This document shows, piece by piece, positions 1-13,318 of a stretch of DNA of 64,000 bases. Each line of letters begins with the position of its first letter. Position 1 is the stretch's first letter. The stretch lies in NCBI RefSeq assembly GCF_009914755.1, contig NC_060930.1. One strand, 5' to 3'. The translations under genes were made by a program, and so were the position numbers. The notes below the pieces were generated by a model. The model was not told where the DNA came from. It did not search any database and saw only the letters and a list, made by a program, of their open reading frames with translations. This DNA is from the human T2T-CHM13v2.0 reference genome, Homo sapiens.

Positions 1-590
1 CTTCTTAAGACAATTCTAAGGTTTCAGGAGGACTGGAGTGGGGCCACGCTATTTAGACTTCTAACAATGCCCCGGGTGAAGCTGATGCTGCTGATCCAGG
101 GATGACTGGTTACCCAGTGCTAAACATTTAGAGAATTATGCAGGGAGGAACAGGGGAATGCCCCAAATCAGTATACTAGCGATCTTAAATGAGGGAAATT
201 CTACATTATTTGAACAACTTGCTGAAAATTCTGAATGATGGCCTTCATTCATTCGCTTTAGTCAGGAGGGCTGGTTTAATAAAAGTAGAAGCACAAGTTT
301 GTTTTTACAAATTATAAATTTTATTAAATTATTTATGGTTTTGTAGCTATCTTACATATAGCTATTCGTAACATATTTTTACCCCCTTGTACTTCACAAA
401 ATTGCAATTTGGCTTGAATGCATTTGTCAATGGAGCCTAATTTCTTGGATACTTTAAACCAAGGCATTTTGATTCCGCTGGCACTGTCTGTAGCTTACTT
501 GGAAGTGTGTACAGGAAGAGAGAAACAATTCAGAAAAGATTCTGTCTGTAATGTACCATCCTCTCCATATGATCCCCTGCATTGCTTTAC

Positions 591-689
591 CTTGGTGATG
601 TGTGTGGTTGTCGTTGTTGACACGGACTCAGATGTGATGGTTTGTGCGGTCAGTAACGTGCCCGAATCACCACCAGCCCCGCCATCAAT
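591..689 (-). CDS. EPB41L2: EPB41L2 coding exon (~exon 17), CTD IDGGAGGDSG...TTTTTHITK
   Basis: 99 nt, aag acceptor / gtaaag donor, phase 0-0. Confidence 0.96.
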
Positions 690-2007
690 CTTTGGATAGT
701 TGGGGGAAAAATACAAAGTAATGCTTAACTTCTGTTATGTTGTCAGAGAAGATCCCCGCCCCATCGAATATGCATCTTTTAAAATCCATGTGGTTTGCGT
801 GTTTGCAGTAGTAATTACCATCCAGGAGAGCGGCTGGTATTTGAAACCGAGTAGAGGCAAAAGGCTAGGTGCACATGGAGAAGCAAACTCAACTGTGTGA
901 GTGGAGAAAAGAGAGGAGAATGGACATAGTAGGTGGGACTGAAAGCTACAAGGGAATTATGACAGAATTTGTCTGAAGGACTTTTGCACAAGCTAGAAAA
1001 TGAAACTAGAGAGCCAGGCAGAGAAGTTTCCACAGTGACCAGAAGCGCTGAGTTTGTTGTTTTTTAAGCACAGGTGGGTAAAAATAGATAAACATTTTAT
1101 CAAATTACCAAGCAACAGAACCTGACCAGGACAAACTGAATCTGCATGATTTGGTTATCTGCTTACCTCTAGCGATTGTTTTCATCAACTACATTGTTCC
1201 TGTAATAGTTTGCATGTTGTGAGCATATATACGGGCACATATATTTCAATACTGCACATACGCATGTGCTCCTACATATATATAAATCCCATACATATGT
1301 TAAAATAGATTTTAACTTGTTTGCTTTGATATTGAAAGATGCAGAAGATTCTAGAGTTTCCAAGGGGAATCAATGAAGCAAATTAATAGCCTAACAGTTT
1401 ATGTTAAGATCACGAAACATATTTGCCCTCTGTTTCCTGACACTGACACGAGGAAATAACTGGACGGTCCAGAGCCTTTCTGACTGTAAGAGGAAATCTC
1501 TTTCAAACTTGGGTCATGCACCTGTATGTCTTCATTCTGGCAACTTATCACAGCACAGACACATCACTAATGCTCCCCCGCCAAGCTGTTCATAAGAAAC
1601 CTATTTGTGCTTATGTGGGATCAAGGCACACACAAGGATGCCATATCCAAAATAATTTTCAGATGTGTTTCACACATGCATGCATTAAACCTTTTAAAAA
1701 ATATTCTGAGAGGTCAATAACCTGACATCCTCCACCATGATACAATTCTACCACAGAAGGTTCATCTTCTAAGTGGAGAAAATATTTATTTTATATTCTA
1801 TTTTGAAATCATGAATGCTTTATCTTTTTTTGTTATTCTTAAGGTTAAACATCTTAATGCTTATTCCAAATCTTTACAGAACCAATGTGTGAAAACCTAA
1901 AATCAAACACACAAATCTGATAATTATTTAGACACATGGTATCACCATTCACATATGAATGACTACATAGGTCTTTAGAAAATAATTCCACACGAAGGAG
2001 AAGCACA

Positions 2008-2056
2008 GGTGTGTGTGCCTGTGTGTGTTTGTGTGTGTGTGTGTGTGTATGTGTGT
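2008..2056. repeat. Imperfect (TG)n microsatellite
   Basis: visible gtgtgt tract with interruptions. Confidence 0.9.
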
Positions 2057-2513
2057 TATTACAAGCAAGAATGAGTTGATTGGGTCAATCTTCACGGAGT
2101 TAGAGAGGGAAAGAAGCCTAAATCACATCCACAATTAGATCGGATTATTATTAATCGATGAATTATATCAGATAAACTTTGCAAGACAATTTGTTTCCTA
2201 AGTGTACACAAACATTCTTAGATATGCCAACTCAGAAATGGCTTTCAATCATATGAACAAGATTGATACTGTCTGTCCTAAATAATCATATGTACAGTTC
2301 CCCTATAATTACTGGGTTACCAATTTAATTGCAGCTCTCTGTCTCAATCTAAGAGAACATAGCAAATTATGTTGTTGAAGTACACTTACAAAGTGCAGAT
2401 ACAAAAAGCTACATCAAAGCCAGAAACATGTAAACTAAGAGAAGAAAGAATGAAAACATAGATACACTAAGGGAAAAAAGAGCTCGAACAGTCCAAGTCT
2501 AGAGCTTTTGTAC

Positions 2514-2636
2514 CTGTGGAGACTCATATGTGATGGTTTTGGTCTCAGTTTGGACAATGGGGACTTCCTTGGTGGAGATTTCTGTCCTTTGTGAGGCATC
2601 AGAAATTGTTACCATCTCTGTTTTTACCACTGGTGG
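2514..2636 (-). CDS. EPB41L2: EPB41L2 coding exon (~exon 16), PPVVKTEMV...TITYESPQ
   Basis: 123 nt, tcag/gtacaa, phase 0-0; 4.1 CTD start. Confidence 0.97.
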
Positions 2637-2991
2637 CTGAGGTGGAAAAGGAAGGGAAAAATAAATTCTAGAGGTAATAAAGTAAAAGTGTTTAATGGAA
2701 CCTTCACAAATAATAGTAAGAAACATATCCAAACACACACTCATGCACAAAAGAAAAGAGTAAAAGCAAACAACCTAAAACAAACAAAAGAAATAAAAGA
2801 AAAATTTTCCTTCAAATATATCATATATACACATACATACATGTGCACATAGATACGTACATATATATGAATGTGTGTATGTGTACATACACATATATGA
2901 AAAATAAGTTGACATGATGGCTTCCTAAATTATGTTACTCTTTAAATTAAGATGGTCCCAAACTACTTTTATGTCAAGCCTAGTGTATAGT

Positions 2992-2992
<1 letters not shown>

Positions 2993-3039
<47 letters not shown>

Positions 3040-3060
3040 CTCTCTCTCTCTCTCTCTCTC
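2993..3060. repeat. Compound microsatellite (AC)22(TC)12
   Basis: direct count. Confidence 0.95.
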
Positions 3061-4623
3061 CTCCTCCCTCCTTAGCTTTGGGCAAGTAATAATAAATTGA
3101 AAAGAAAATAGAATGAACTATGTGAAGTGACTTGTCTCTATTTTTATTATAATTTAAAGGACCACATAGTTTGTGTGAAGGCTCACTGCCTTTAACTGGC
3201 ATGCCAGCTAGGTAGGCTAAGATTTGTTCTTCTGCCCACAATACCTTTTCTGCCTTATTGTTAACAGACACACCATTTTCAGAAAGGATGTCTTCAAGTA
3301 TTACTGTTTTCAGTTATACCTGTCTAAAATTTGCAGTGTTTCTTCTGTATTACCTAAGTTAAAATGCTCTATCTAAAATTACTCCATCAATGTTACACCA
3401 ATGCTTTGAACAATTTAAAACATTAAAGGAAATATTCGACGGCTTATTAACATTGTAGTCTGCCGAGTATGCATGCTTAATATTAATGCAACACCAGACT
3501 ATACTACTACCAAAATACTGCAGTACTTTCTTTGAGAGAACATTCTCAACAGGCATAATTATTTAAAGAGGAGTAACGATATGTTAAATACAGAATAGTT
3601 CAAAGTGTTCAAAGACTCTTGAAAAATCTTCTCTAAAGTGAAACAGAAGTTTAAAAGTAACATGGTTAAAATCCACTTAATTATTTTAAGACAAAGTCAC
3701 TTCAACATTTTCCATCCCATCGAAGAGAACAAAATAAATCTCTGTACTGTGGGCATTTAATATTAAAATCAAGAAATATTCCCAAGGAAATAAACCCTCC
3801 CTCAGCCTAACTCCCAAATGAGAGACACTGCACTTAGTGACCAAAAAGTTCTCTTCTTTGAAAAGAAAAAGATTCATGTCCAATGTATAGATAATCCACA
3901 AAACATATAATCATCTGGCAAATACTCCAGAATTGACATCAGGATAGAATGAGAAGCGAGGATATCCTCCTATCAAATAGCCTAGCCTCTGGCTGCCTGG
4001 AAGAAAAGAAAGGCTCTTAACAAAACCATACAACCCCTGCAATCCCAAAACAGAAATCACAGTGGCATTCAAGAAATAACATTCTCATCACTGCTGGATA
4101 CTGCATTCAGAGAACCACGGTAATCAGAGACTGCTGTCATTTCTAAAACTCTGAAGCTGAAGAATGAGCCAAGAAGTCAAACCCAATCATGACATCAGGG
4201 GCACACACACTCAGCAGTGACCATTTTTTTTTTCAACATTACATATACATTTTTCTAATTAAACCAAAAGGGGAAAAAAAGGCATTTAGTGTGAGGAAGC
4301 AGTGCAACTGAAGACAAAACAGTTGAAAACACCCAAAACATGCAAAGAAAAATTTAAATGTGAAAAGGGAAGGAAAAATTGATGTGGTGCTTCTAGGAAA
4401 GTTTACCCTACAGGTGTCCAGTGGCCGCAGAGAAGCTGGAACCCATGAACTGGGCGGGCAGAAAATCCACAAAGCAGTGCTTCCCCCTTCCTCCCATGAG
4501 AGAGAAAAATCAGATTCTTGTTGAAAAAAGCTGAAGAACTGGGAGGACAGGAGAAGAAAGGCAGGAGTTCCCCATCTGAGAAGCAGCTCTAGAGTTTGGC
4601 TCCCACCTGGGACTCCCATTTAC

Positions 4624-5187
4624 CTCTGAACAACAAATAATTTGTGGCAAAACATCAATGTCAACATGGGACACCTCTCCGTTAACTTTCTGTGGCTCTT
4701 CCTCTGCTTCTTCTCCCATGTCTTGCTTAAGAGCGCCTTCGTGTACACTCTTCTCTCCGGGTATCTTTTGGGCACCTACATTTTCCTGGATCACTGTTTC
4801 TACTGTGATTACACTGGCACCTGCTTGTGTGACTGGGCTGGCTTCGGGCACTGCTTCCTCCCTCTCTACTACCTTGGCTGCCGGGCGGGGTTCTTCCTCC
4901 ACCTCTTCTTCATACTCCTGTTCCTCCCTGATGGTGCCCTCGGTCACTCGGTGGTGGGGACGGTACTCTCCCACGTCTTCCTCCTCACTCTCACTGCTGC
5001 TGCTGCTGCTCTCAGAAGACAGGGAGGTGGAGTCTTTTTGTGTCACAGGCTCCACCTTACGAATCTCCCCAGGACCACTCCCAGGTGATATCTCTTTACC
5101 ATTCATTTCTTCTGTGATTACTCTTTCGTCTTTCCCAACCTCTGCCCGCTTCTTCTCCTCCACTATATTCAGAGTCTCATGTGAACT
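4624..5187 (-). CDS. EPB41L2: EPB41L2 coding exon (~exon 15), U3 region SSHETLNIVEE...QIICCSE
   Basis: 564 nt, acag/gtaaat, phase 0-0; ORF 4510..5163. Confidence 0.97.
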
Positions 5188-5388
5188 CTGTACAAAAAAA
5201 GATGGATGAGGGAAAACAAAAATATATGAATAAATAAAAACAACGGAAACCCAAATTAACCGATGGCAGATTCATGTCATGGAGAAAAACAAAGATGATT
5301 ATGATGGCTGACTGAAAGGGAAGCGGGGCAAACGTGAGGGCAATGAGAAACGTGAGGCAATGGTGTTAACATGGAAAAAGGGGAGAAC

Positions 5389-5442
5389 CTTAACAGCATC
5401 CCTGGCTCCAGTGCAAGGCCCTTCTGACTCGGGAGCACGTGT
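5389..5442 (-). CDS. EPB41L2: Putative 54-nt alternative U3 exon TRAPESEGPCTGARDAVK
   Basis: ctttttgttctgcag acceptor, AAG/gttctc donor, phase 0-0, GC-rich body. Confidence 0.6.
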
Positions 5443-7431
5443 CTGCAGAACAAAAAGCAACCGAGGACACAAAATCAATACAGTTTTACCTCAACAACCA
5501 CTGAAACAAACATCTGACACTGCAAAGACAAAACAGCAAGAATCAACATCTACAGAAACCTCTGCTCAAGGTCACATAGAGGACAATCAAGACAAATGCC
5601 AAAAAGCTTACAAAAAGACACAAAAACAGCCAGCATCCTCCCAAAGAAGTAAAATGCTTTTATTATAGATATACCTATAAGCTCTACCTATGTAGTTAAA
5701 ACAGTTTACAAAAATTGAATTATACCAAAGCTGACTCATCATTTTAAAGAAAAAAATTTAACTTTTAAAACCTAGTAACAGTTTTGGTTTTAATCAGACT
5801 ATAAAGTCTAGCCTGGAACGCTGATTCTTAAATGAACACAGCACCAAGGAGATGGCACTTTTATTTTTTGCTGGTTTTCTTTAAAAAAAAAAAAAAAGTT
5901 TTAATTGGCAAAATTATAGTTAGCCTCAGAAGGCTATTAACATGAAAATGTTCATTCCAGAAATGGTTATTAACTTTCCAATTCGTATCATAGGTTGGCA
6001 AAGGCTATATTATACAATAGGGTGGGTGTCAATGGTGACTCCAAGTGTTTTCTTTTACAATTTAGCTCCTCTACTAGCATCTTTGAAATCTAAACTCAGT
6101 CAAGTTTATTATTTGACATGTTCACTCCTATCCCCTTCAGACATCTACTTCTTGGGAGTAAAGTAATTTACTCCAGTTGAGTAATATAGCACCTAAATGT
6201 TCAATAAATATCTGTTGACTTAATACATTAGGAACAAATTACTATGTTATGATATTATTAACTAGGGTGGAAACCTTTTTGTACAGAGGGGTTTTTAAAG
6301 CTTCACATTTTTCTCACACTTACAAAAAGTCTGCTTTACAATGATATAACTCAAGCATGGCCAACTTTTTGACTTCTAGGTGGTACTACTGCCTATGATC
6401 TAACTTAAAAATAATTCAGCTAGAGCCAGGAGCCCTATTTATTCACGAAAGTGACTCCATTCTGGATGGAGAAGGGCACCACACCACTGAGCCCTCTGGA
6501 TATTGTTGTGAAGCTGCCAAGGTACTAACTGGACTGGAGCCTCTAATAGACAGCAGGGCTGAGTTCATCTCTCCCAGACACTTGGACAACCATGAGCTGA
6601 AGATCCTAACATCACACACACACGTCTCTGCAGCACTGTCAACGTCTACTCACAAACTCTCTTGGACCTGCCCTATTATTCTTAAACACATGGTAAGGGC
6701 ATGGTTTCACTGACCCAAATTAATACCATGTAAATCACATTACTAACAGAAGACAGCTATCTTTCCAGTTTTATTGAAAACTCAGAGGTTTCTAGATATT
6801 AAACTGAAAAAACTCTCAATCTATTTTGATAAGCAGGTAAAATTTAACCATGACTACATATAATAAACATATCCAGTGACCAGAACATTTCTGAAACACA
6901 CATTTCATTATTATTATAGATCAGTGAATTATTATTATTGTTATATCTTAACCTCAATTAGCTGGATAGGTTCTGCCCAAGTTCAGGGAATTCCTTAGGG
7001 TCATTCAAAAGCAATTATTTCATGGAGCATGGGAGGCACTTCAGATTTTTTCCATATAAACAGAATTTTAAAAATAACATGCCATCAGAGGATGCCTGAA
7101 ATTTGGGGTTTTGAAAATGTCAACTCTGCAAAGCATATCTGGTTGAGGGTTTCCCTCTGCTTAACAGCCCAGACTCTGGAACTTAATGATTTAAATTATT
7201 CTCTGAATTTAGGCAGATTTTTTTTTTCTTTGACCAAAGAAGCAGGAGAAACATCCAATCTATATCTTTTCTTCATGTTCCAATTCAGTCATTGTTTCTT
7301 GAATGTTTCTCCCAGGAAGAATTAATTTCACCAATGAAAGCACTGGAGGGAATGGTGCCTGAATATTTAAAAAAATGAAAATCTCTCTCATATGTGGCTT
7401 TTAGTAACAGGGGAAACAAAGTAAAATGCAC

Positions 7432-7599
7432 CTCAAGCAAGTGTGAGAAGGGCGAGGAAGAAAGCTTTTCAGAAGGTGCATTAGCGCTCACAACAGCGCC
7501 CTCTGCTGTCCAAGTGGTGGCTGAAGTGAAGGTGGCTTTCATGCTATCAGAAAAGCCCTTTTCACTAAACAAAATTGATGTTATCTCCTCTTCTAGGCT
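7432..7599 (-). CDS. EPB41L2: Putative 168-nt alternative U3 exon SLEEEITSILFSEKGF...PFSHLLE
   Basis: strong polypyrimidine tract + ctag, GAG/gtgcat donor, phase 0-0, 56 open codons. Confidence 0.7.
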
Positions 7600-8526
7600 C
7601 TAGAGAGGTCAGAAAAGGAAGAGCAAAGAATTAGCAATAAGTCAGAACAGACAGCAGTGACCTATTGGAAGAAAGGAAAGGTTACACAAGAAAGAACAAC
7701 AGAACAGCATAAAATGAAAGAAAAGATGAGAATTCTGACAGATTCTGGAGCAGGCTTATGAAGAGGTTTGTGAGCGCCAGCTTTTCCACCCTGCTTGAGA
7801 ATCTTTGATAGTTGCGACCTCCAGAAACCAGTGAAAACTGCTTGGCTGATCACCAACTGAGCACAATCGACCCACCCAAACGCCATTTCATATATTCTTG
7901 AGGTAGTTCCTTGGCCTTTCTCTGCACGGAATGGCCTCTTCAGTGGCCCCTACACTTGAAATGCTTATTCCTGTGTTACAGCTTGGGCAGTCCTCCCTCT
8001 CCTGCCTCCAAGGCCCTTCTTTGCCCTTATCTGCACATTCTGGGCCTTTCCAGTTTTCTAACCTCCCTGAGGCCCACTTCATAGTCTGCATTTTCTGTAA
8101 GGCCTTCCCTCACCACTCCAACTCCTACAATCTCCCTCCTCAATACCACCTTAACTCTCTGTACAACAAACATTCTGACAGCAGCCCACATTCATTCCCT
8201 CAGGCGTGCTAAATATGCCACAGAGTAAATTACCCTGTCCCCTTTTTTTGCAAAAAGAAACAGGTAAAGAAAAACAATTCAAAATAGGAAGACAAACTCA
8301 GAGTTGAAAGCTCAATGAGCAACGTGAAAATTATTTCTCCCTAAATTAAACCATTAAAGCAAATTTAACTTTGCTGTGTCTGGCTCTTAAACAATGGCTC
8401 CTAACCTGCCTGAGGGACAGCAGAACTGTCCTTAGAAACTTGAAATGTCAATATTCAAGAGTCATCATGAAGCACCCCCTCATGTCAGAAGTGTGAGAAT
8501 AATTCCTAATAAACCCCACTATTCAG

Positions 8527-8827
8527 TTTTTTTTTTTTTTTTTGAGACGGAGTCTCGCTCTGTCACTCAGGCTGGAGTGCAGTGTGCCGCGATCTCGGCT
8601 CACTGCAACCTCTACCTCCCAGGTTTAAGTGATTTTCCTGCCTCAGCCTCCCCAGTAGCTGGGATTATAGGCGTGCAGCACCATGCCCAGCTAATTTTTA
8701 TATTTTTAGTAGAGACGGGGTTTTGCCATGTTGGCCAGGCTGGTCTCTAACTCCTGACTTCAGGTGATCTATCCTCCTCGGCCTCCCAAAGTGCTGGGAA
8801 TACAGGCGTGAGCCACCGCACCCGGTC
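8527..8827 (-). mobile_element. Alu (AluS-type) with TSD actattcag
   Basis: poly-T plus reverse Alu body; TSD on both sides. Confidence 0.95.
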
Positions 8828-10780
8828 ACTATTCAGAAATCTTAAAGAAAAATCAATGACGCTCCTAAGGGGCCCCTTCATACTGTGAGCTAAGAAGGGT
8901 GAGGAGCGCAGAAAGTGAGGTGAGGAGGGTGAGGGGAGTAGGCACTTGCAATATTCAGCAGAGGAAAAAGCTTTTGGACTGACTTAACTTCATTACCATC
9001 TCTACGATTACATCGTCCCTTGGGGAAGTGGGGGTGGGTGGGATGCCCTTCCCAGTGAGAGATCACTGGGGAATTTAAAGAAGTGCCACACATTTCGTTA
9101 TCCAATGACATACCTTCAAAAGTACCTTACAACTCAATGTACATAATCTCTTAGACTCAGGAGAGAATAGTCTATGCAAATTTAAGTCATCATAATTCAT
9201 ACAACACGTTAAGAGGATTACAATAGAGTTATTTACCCATTAAAGATTAAATGACTTGGTTTCCAATTTTCTGCTCTACTCTCAAAATTGTTCAAACTAC
9301 AGCCACTTTGAAAATGCAATGTATTTTTTTTTTTTAAAAAGAAACTATTCCTGCTTTTTTAAAAAGCTATAAAAGCCCATATTATAGAAATTTGGAAAAG
9401 TGGTCAAATTATATACTTATGCATAATTTTTTTTATTTTACTTTCAATAAGAATTACAATTCAAAGATAAACGAGAACCCCTGCAGAATTAACAGTAAAA
9501 TGAAGATACAACAAAGACAGAAATTGAAAAGGTACTCTGGTAAAGTCAAAACACTCCCGAGGACAAATGCTCACATACTTTCAACTAATAGTAGTATGTT
9601 ATTTAAAGAAAAACAAAAAAGATACAATGTAGGTGGTCAATAAATGTTTGTTGGGCAAACGGATGAATGGATGATTGTAATAAGAACAATCTATATGAAT
9701 GTCAAAAAAGTATGTATTTTCCTGCATGTATTGGAGAGGAAAAGAACAGAAAAACAAGTAACTTCAAGTACAGATAAACCACTTGGGGGCTTTTCCAGAT
9801 TTAAATTTCACATTAACATCACTTTAATGTGACTTCTATGACAAGATATTTTACACTGTACATTCCTAAAACATGAGATCCAGAAAAATGATAATAATTT
9901 TAAACATCTCCACTAAAATGTCAAAGTTTCCTACTGCAAAAATCCAAGGACATCACTTTAAATTTGATCGAATGATACCATGTGATTGCTTCTGAAGGAC
10001 AGGTTATGAAAAATACGTAATATTTCAAAGCATGTGATATTAAAGTCCTCATTATACACATGGAGTCTAATTGGCTTTGGTTTCAGGCTAACCTTTAAAG
10101 TATATAAATATGTCACTTGGTTTAGCTTCATGACATTATCTTTCTCATTTGCAATGTTCTGAAAATATTTCATCTCAACTAGACCATAAACTCCTTATTT
10201 CTACTTATTTTGCCTCCTTTCCCAACCCTGCTACGTGTTCTGATGAATACTCTCTACCAATTAACAGAATCTACTTTGTGGAAGGGAATCACTGTTTCCT
10301 TATTAATAATCTCTGCTCTCATTCACAGCCCCTATAATCTATTCCTCATCCAGTGCCAGGGGGACTTCTGTCAGAAACAGGTGGGATTCTGCCACTACTC
10401 ACCTTCAAACTCTCCAATGCTTTCCCATCATTCTTATTGTACAATTCCAAACTGTTAGCATGGCCTTTAAGATCGTGACATGACCTAGGGTCTAACCTCT
10501 TTGAATTTTCCTTCCTTCGTGCTCCCCCTTGCTCACCAAGCCCCTGTCATTTGGTCTTTCAGTTCCTGTGTTGTGGCTCGTCCTTACACGTGGATACATT
10601 TTCACATGTCCACCTGGTTATCATTAAGGTTTCAACTCAAATGTCATCTCCTCCTGACCACAATGACAAAACGGTCTTCCTAATCCCCTCCTAACACAAC
10701 ATTGTATTTCACCTTCTTAACATTTACTTCCTAGTGTCTGAAACTTTCCAAGTACCAATTAGAAAATTTTCTAATCACCA

Positions 10781-11080
10781 GCCGGGTGTGGTGGCTCACG
10801 CCTGTAATCCTAGCACTTTGGGAGACCAAGAAGGGCAAATCACGTGGTCAGGAGTCAAGACCAGTCTGGTCAACATAGTGAAACCCCGTCTCAACTAAAA
10901 ACACAAAAAAATTAGCCAGACTTGGTAGCAGGCACCTGTAATCCCAGCTAAACAGGAAAGTTGCTTGAACCCAGGAGATGGAGGTTGCAGTGAGCCAAGA
11001 TCATGCCATTGCACTCCAGCCCGGGCGAATGTGCAAGAGTGCATCTCAAAAAAAAAAAAAAAGAAGAAAGAAAAAAAAGA
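10781..11080 (+). mobile_element. Alu (AluS-type) with small internal deletion
   Basis: gccgggtgtggtggctcacgcc... ending in A-tail. Confidence 0.93.
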
Positions 11081-11737
11081 AACTTTTCTAATTAACTATT
11101 TCCATGTCTCCTCCACTAGACTCCAAGCTCTCCAGTCCCAGCAAATAACAGACTGACCACCTGGCTAAGTAAAATCAGTAGAAAGAGAAGAATGAGGATG
11201 TAAAAGCAATGGAAAGTGAACTTCCTCACCAGTGTCAGAAATGTCACACATGCAGGAGCAGAGAGAGAGGTGAGGGGCTGCTATGGTGCATCAAAATCTT
11301 TGTTCCCATTAAAAATCTTACAAGTGAAAACTCAAAAGGTTTCCATATGTAATTAGTAAACTCATCATCTAAGGCACATAAGTGGTTATTTTAACAACAC
11401 GACATGCATAAGTATTGTACAAACAGTGCACTTTCACATGAAATCAGTTTCCCAACTGTCAGCCACATACATCAAATTAGGAATCAGTTATCACCTAAAT
11501 TGGTTGATGTTTCTGTATTTCAAATTTTGACTTTTCAAGTGCTTCTGCAATATGGTATTTCTCATCCAACAATCCTATGCTTCTATACACAGGGGATTTA
11601 ACTTTTTAAATGCTCAAAAATCATTTCAAAAAAATTTTAGTATGACACACAGGAAAAAAGAAATCTTATGGCTGTGGATAGAAACAAAAGGAAAGGGGGA
11701 AAAAGCAAGAGTAGATCCAAGGGTGCAAGGTGAACAC

Positions 11738-11839
11738 CTTGTCCGTCTCCTGAGCTTTTTCTTCAACTGTCCATATTGTCGGCATCAGGTACTTCTCCTT
11801 CACGGATAAAATATCCTTGAAAAGATGGTCTCCTTTTCT
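11738..11839 (-). CDS. EPB41L2: Putative 102-nt alternative U3 exon RKGDHLFKDILSVKEKYLMPTIWTVEEKAQETDK
   Basis: atag acceptor, AAG/gtgttc donor, phase 0-0, open frame, exon-like purine composition. Confidence 0.55.
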
Positions 11840-13171
11840 CTATTGTTTTAAACAATAGACATAATCAACAAATAAGACACATACATTACACCTATAGCAA
11901 CACAAACACAAAACACTGACCCAGTGTGGGTCAATGACACACACCAGGAGAAGTGGCACATAATGGAAGGTGAAAACCTTGGCATGGCATCAGACCCTTT
12001 CTCCAGAAAACACAACATTCTGGAATAGACTGCTGAAATTGACATTTTTTATCATCTTCAGAAAAATCTGAAACTAAGAACTGAAGTTGTATTCAACTTC
12101 ATAAGACTCTACCAAGCATGTCTTAATATTTTCAAAAGTTCTGTGTTTCAGTTCAGCAATTCTTTTTGCTCATCTGTTCTTAAAGAGCTTTCTTTTTCAA
12201 TGGCACAAACTTAGAAATTTAAAGCAACTAACAGCTTTTCTTTTTAAGGAAAGGTGAATAAAAATAGCACTAGAATATCTAAATCAATGTCTACAATTTG
12301 GCAACATTCAAGCCAGACTAGATGCTGAAAGGAAAAAGATGAAATTGTAGGGTAACATCTTTATACCATTTTTTAAACTACAGATTAAATATAGTATGAT
12401 CACTGTCCGCTCAAGTATGATAAACGAGCCCATGGAAGTTCTTGGTCAATAACAGGAGGGATTTGGAAGAATCCTAGAGGCACAGATGTGGATGACAATG
12501 AATGGAGAAATGTATTGAGAATATATCCTGAAGGCAATATGTACTCATATCAGTGGTGGGGAGAAGTAAACCATGAAAAGAAATAGAGTAAGTGAGGAGA
12601 AATGTTATGATTGAAAAAACGTTTTTAAAACACAATTCTAACATTTCATTATAAGGAAGTTTCAATACTAAGTCATATTATATATAATATTTTTCAAGCT
12701 TTCAACAGGGCTCATCGGTCTTTAAAGCTAAGTTAAACTCATTTTCCTCACAGTAATAACTTTAAACCACTCTAAAGATAGCCTATATTTCTTTATTTAT
12801 TAATTATTTATACTAAGTAAATGTCCCTATTTCAGATATCAGTAACTAAAAAGCTTATTAAATACAGTATGTTAGTTTCTAAATTGTCCTATATAACAAT
12901 TCATTACTACTACCAATTTACCTGAGTAAAATAGTGAAATTATCCTAAAACTATTTCAAAAGTATTTTGAAACTCATGCAATTTACCTAAGAACTAGGCC
13001 AATAACTATTACATTGTTAATATTTAGTATTTACAAAATTGTTAGTAATTACATAAAAATAATTAAATGGGAACATTTTGTAACTTCCCTAGACTCAACA
13101 TAGAGATTAACAATTTAAGTTTTATTGAGCAACTGAAGTGAGACAGAGCCAACAAATAGCTAATGACATAC

Positions 13172-13318
13172 CCCTTGTGTCTGTAGGGACAGAGGTGTGA
13201 TACGTCGTTTTTCCCATTCATTAGGGCGCGGCTCAGGTGTGGATTCCATAAAATTGCGCTTGAGTTCACTAATGCTAGCCTGATGTTTCAGTATGTCCTC
13301 CTGGGCCTTATCCAGTTC
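13172..13318 (-). CDS. EPB41L2: EPB41L2 coding exon (~exon 14), SAB core ELDKAQEDILKHQASISELKRNFMES...LQTQG
   Basis: 147 nt, ctag/gtatgt, phase 0-0; KHQASISELKR signature. Confidence 0.97.

Noticed and set aside
4642-5209. Plus-strand ORFs of 148 and 183 aa
   Set aside because: Antisense shadows of the purine-rich EPB41L2 U3 exon
7662-7886. 74-aa minus-strand ATG ORF upstream of the 168-nt exon
   Set aside because: No convincing donor or recognisable homology
8445-8750. Alu-derived ORFs (also at 40486, 59261, 60285, 62728)
   Set aside because: Translations of Alu repeats
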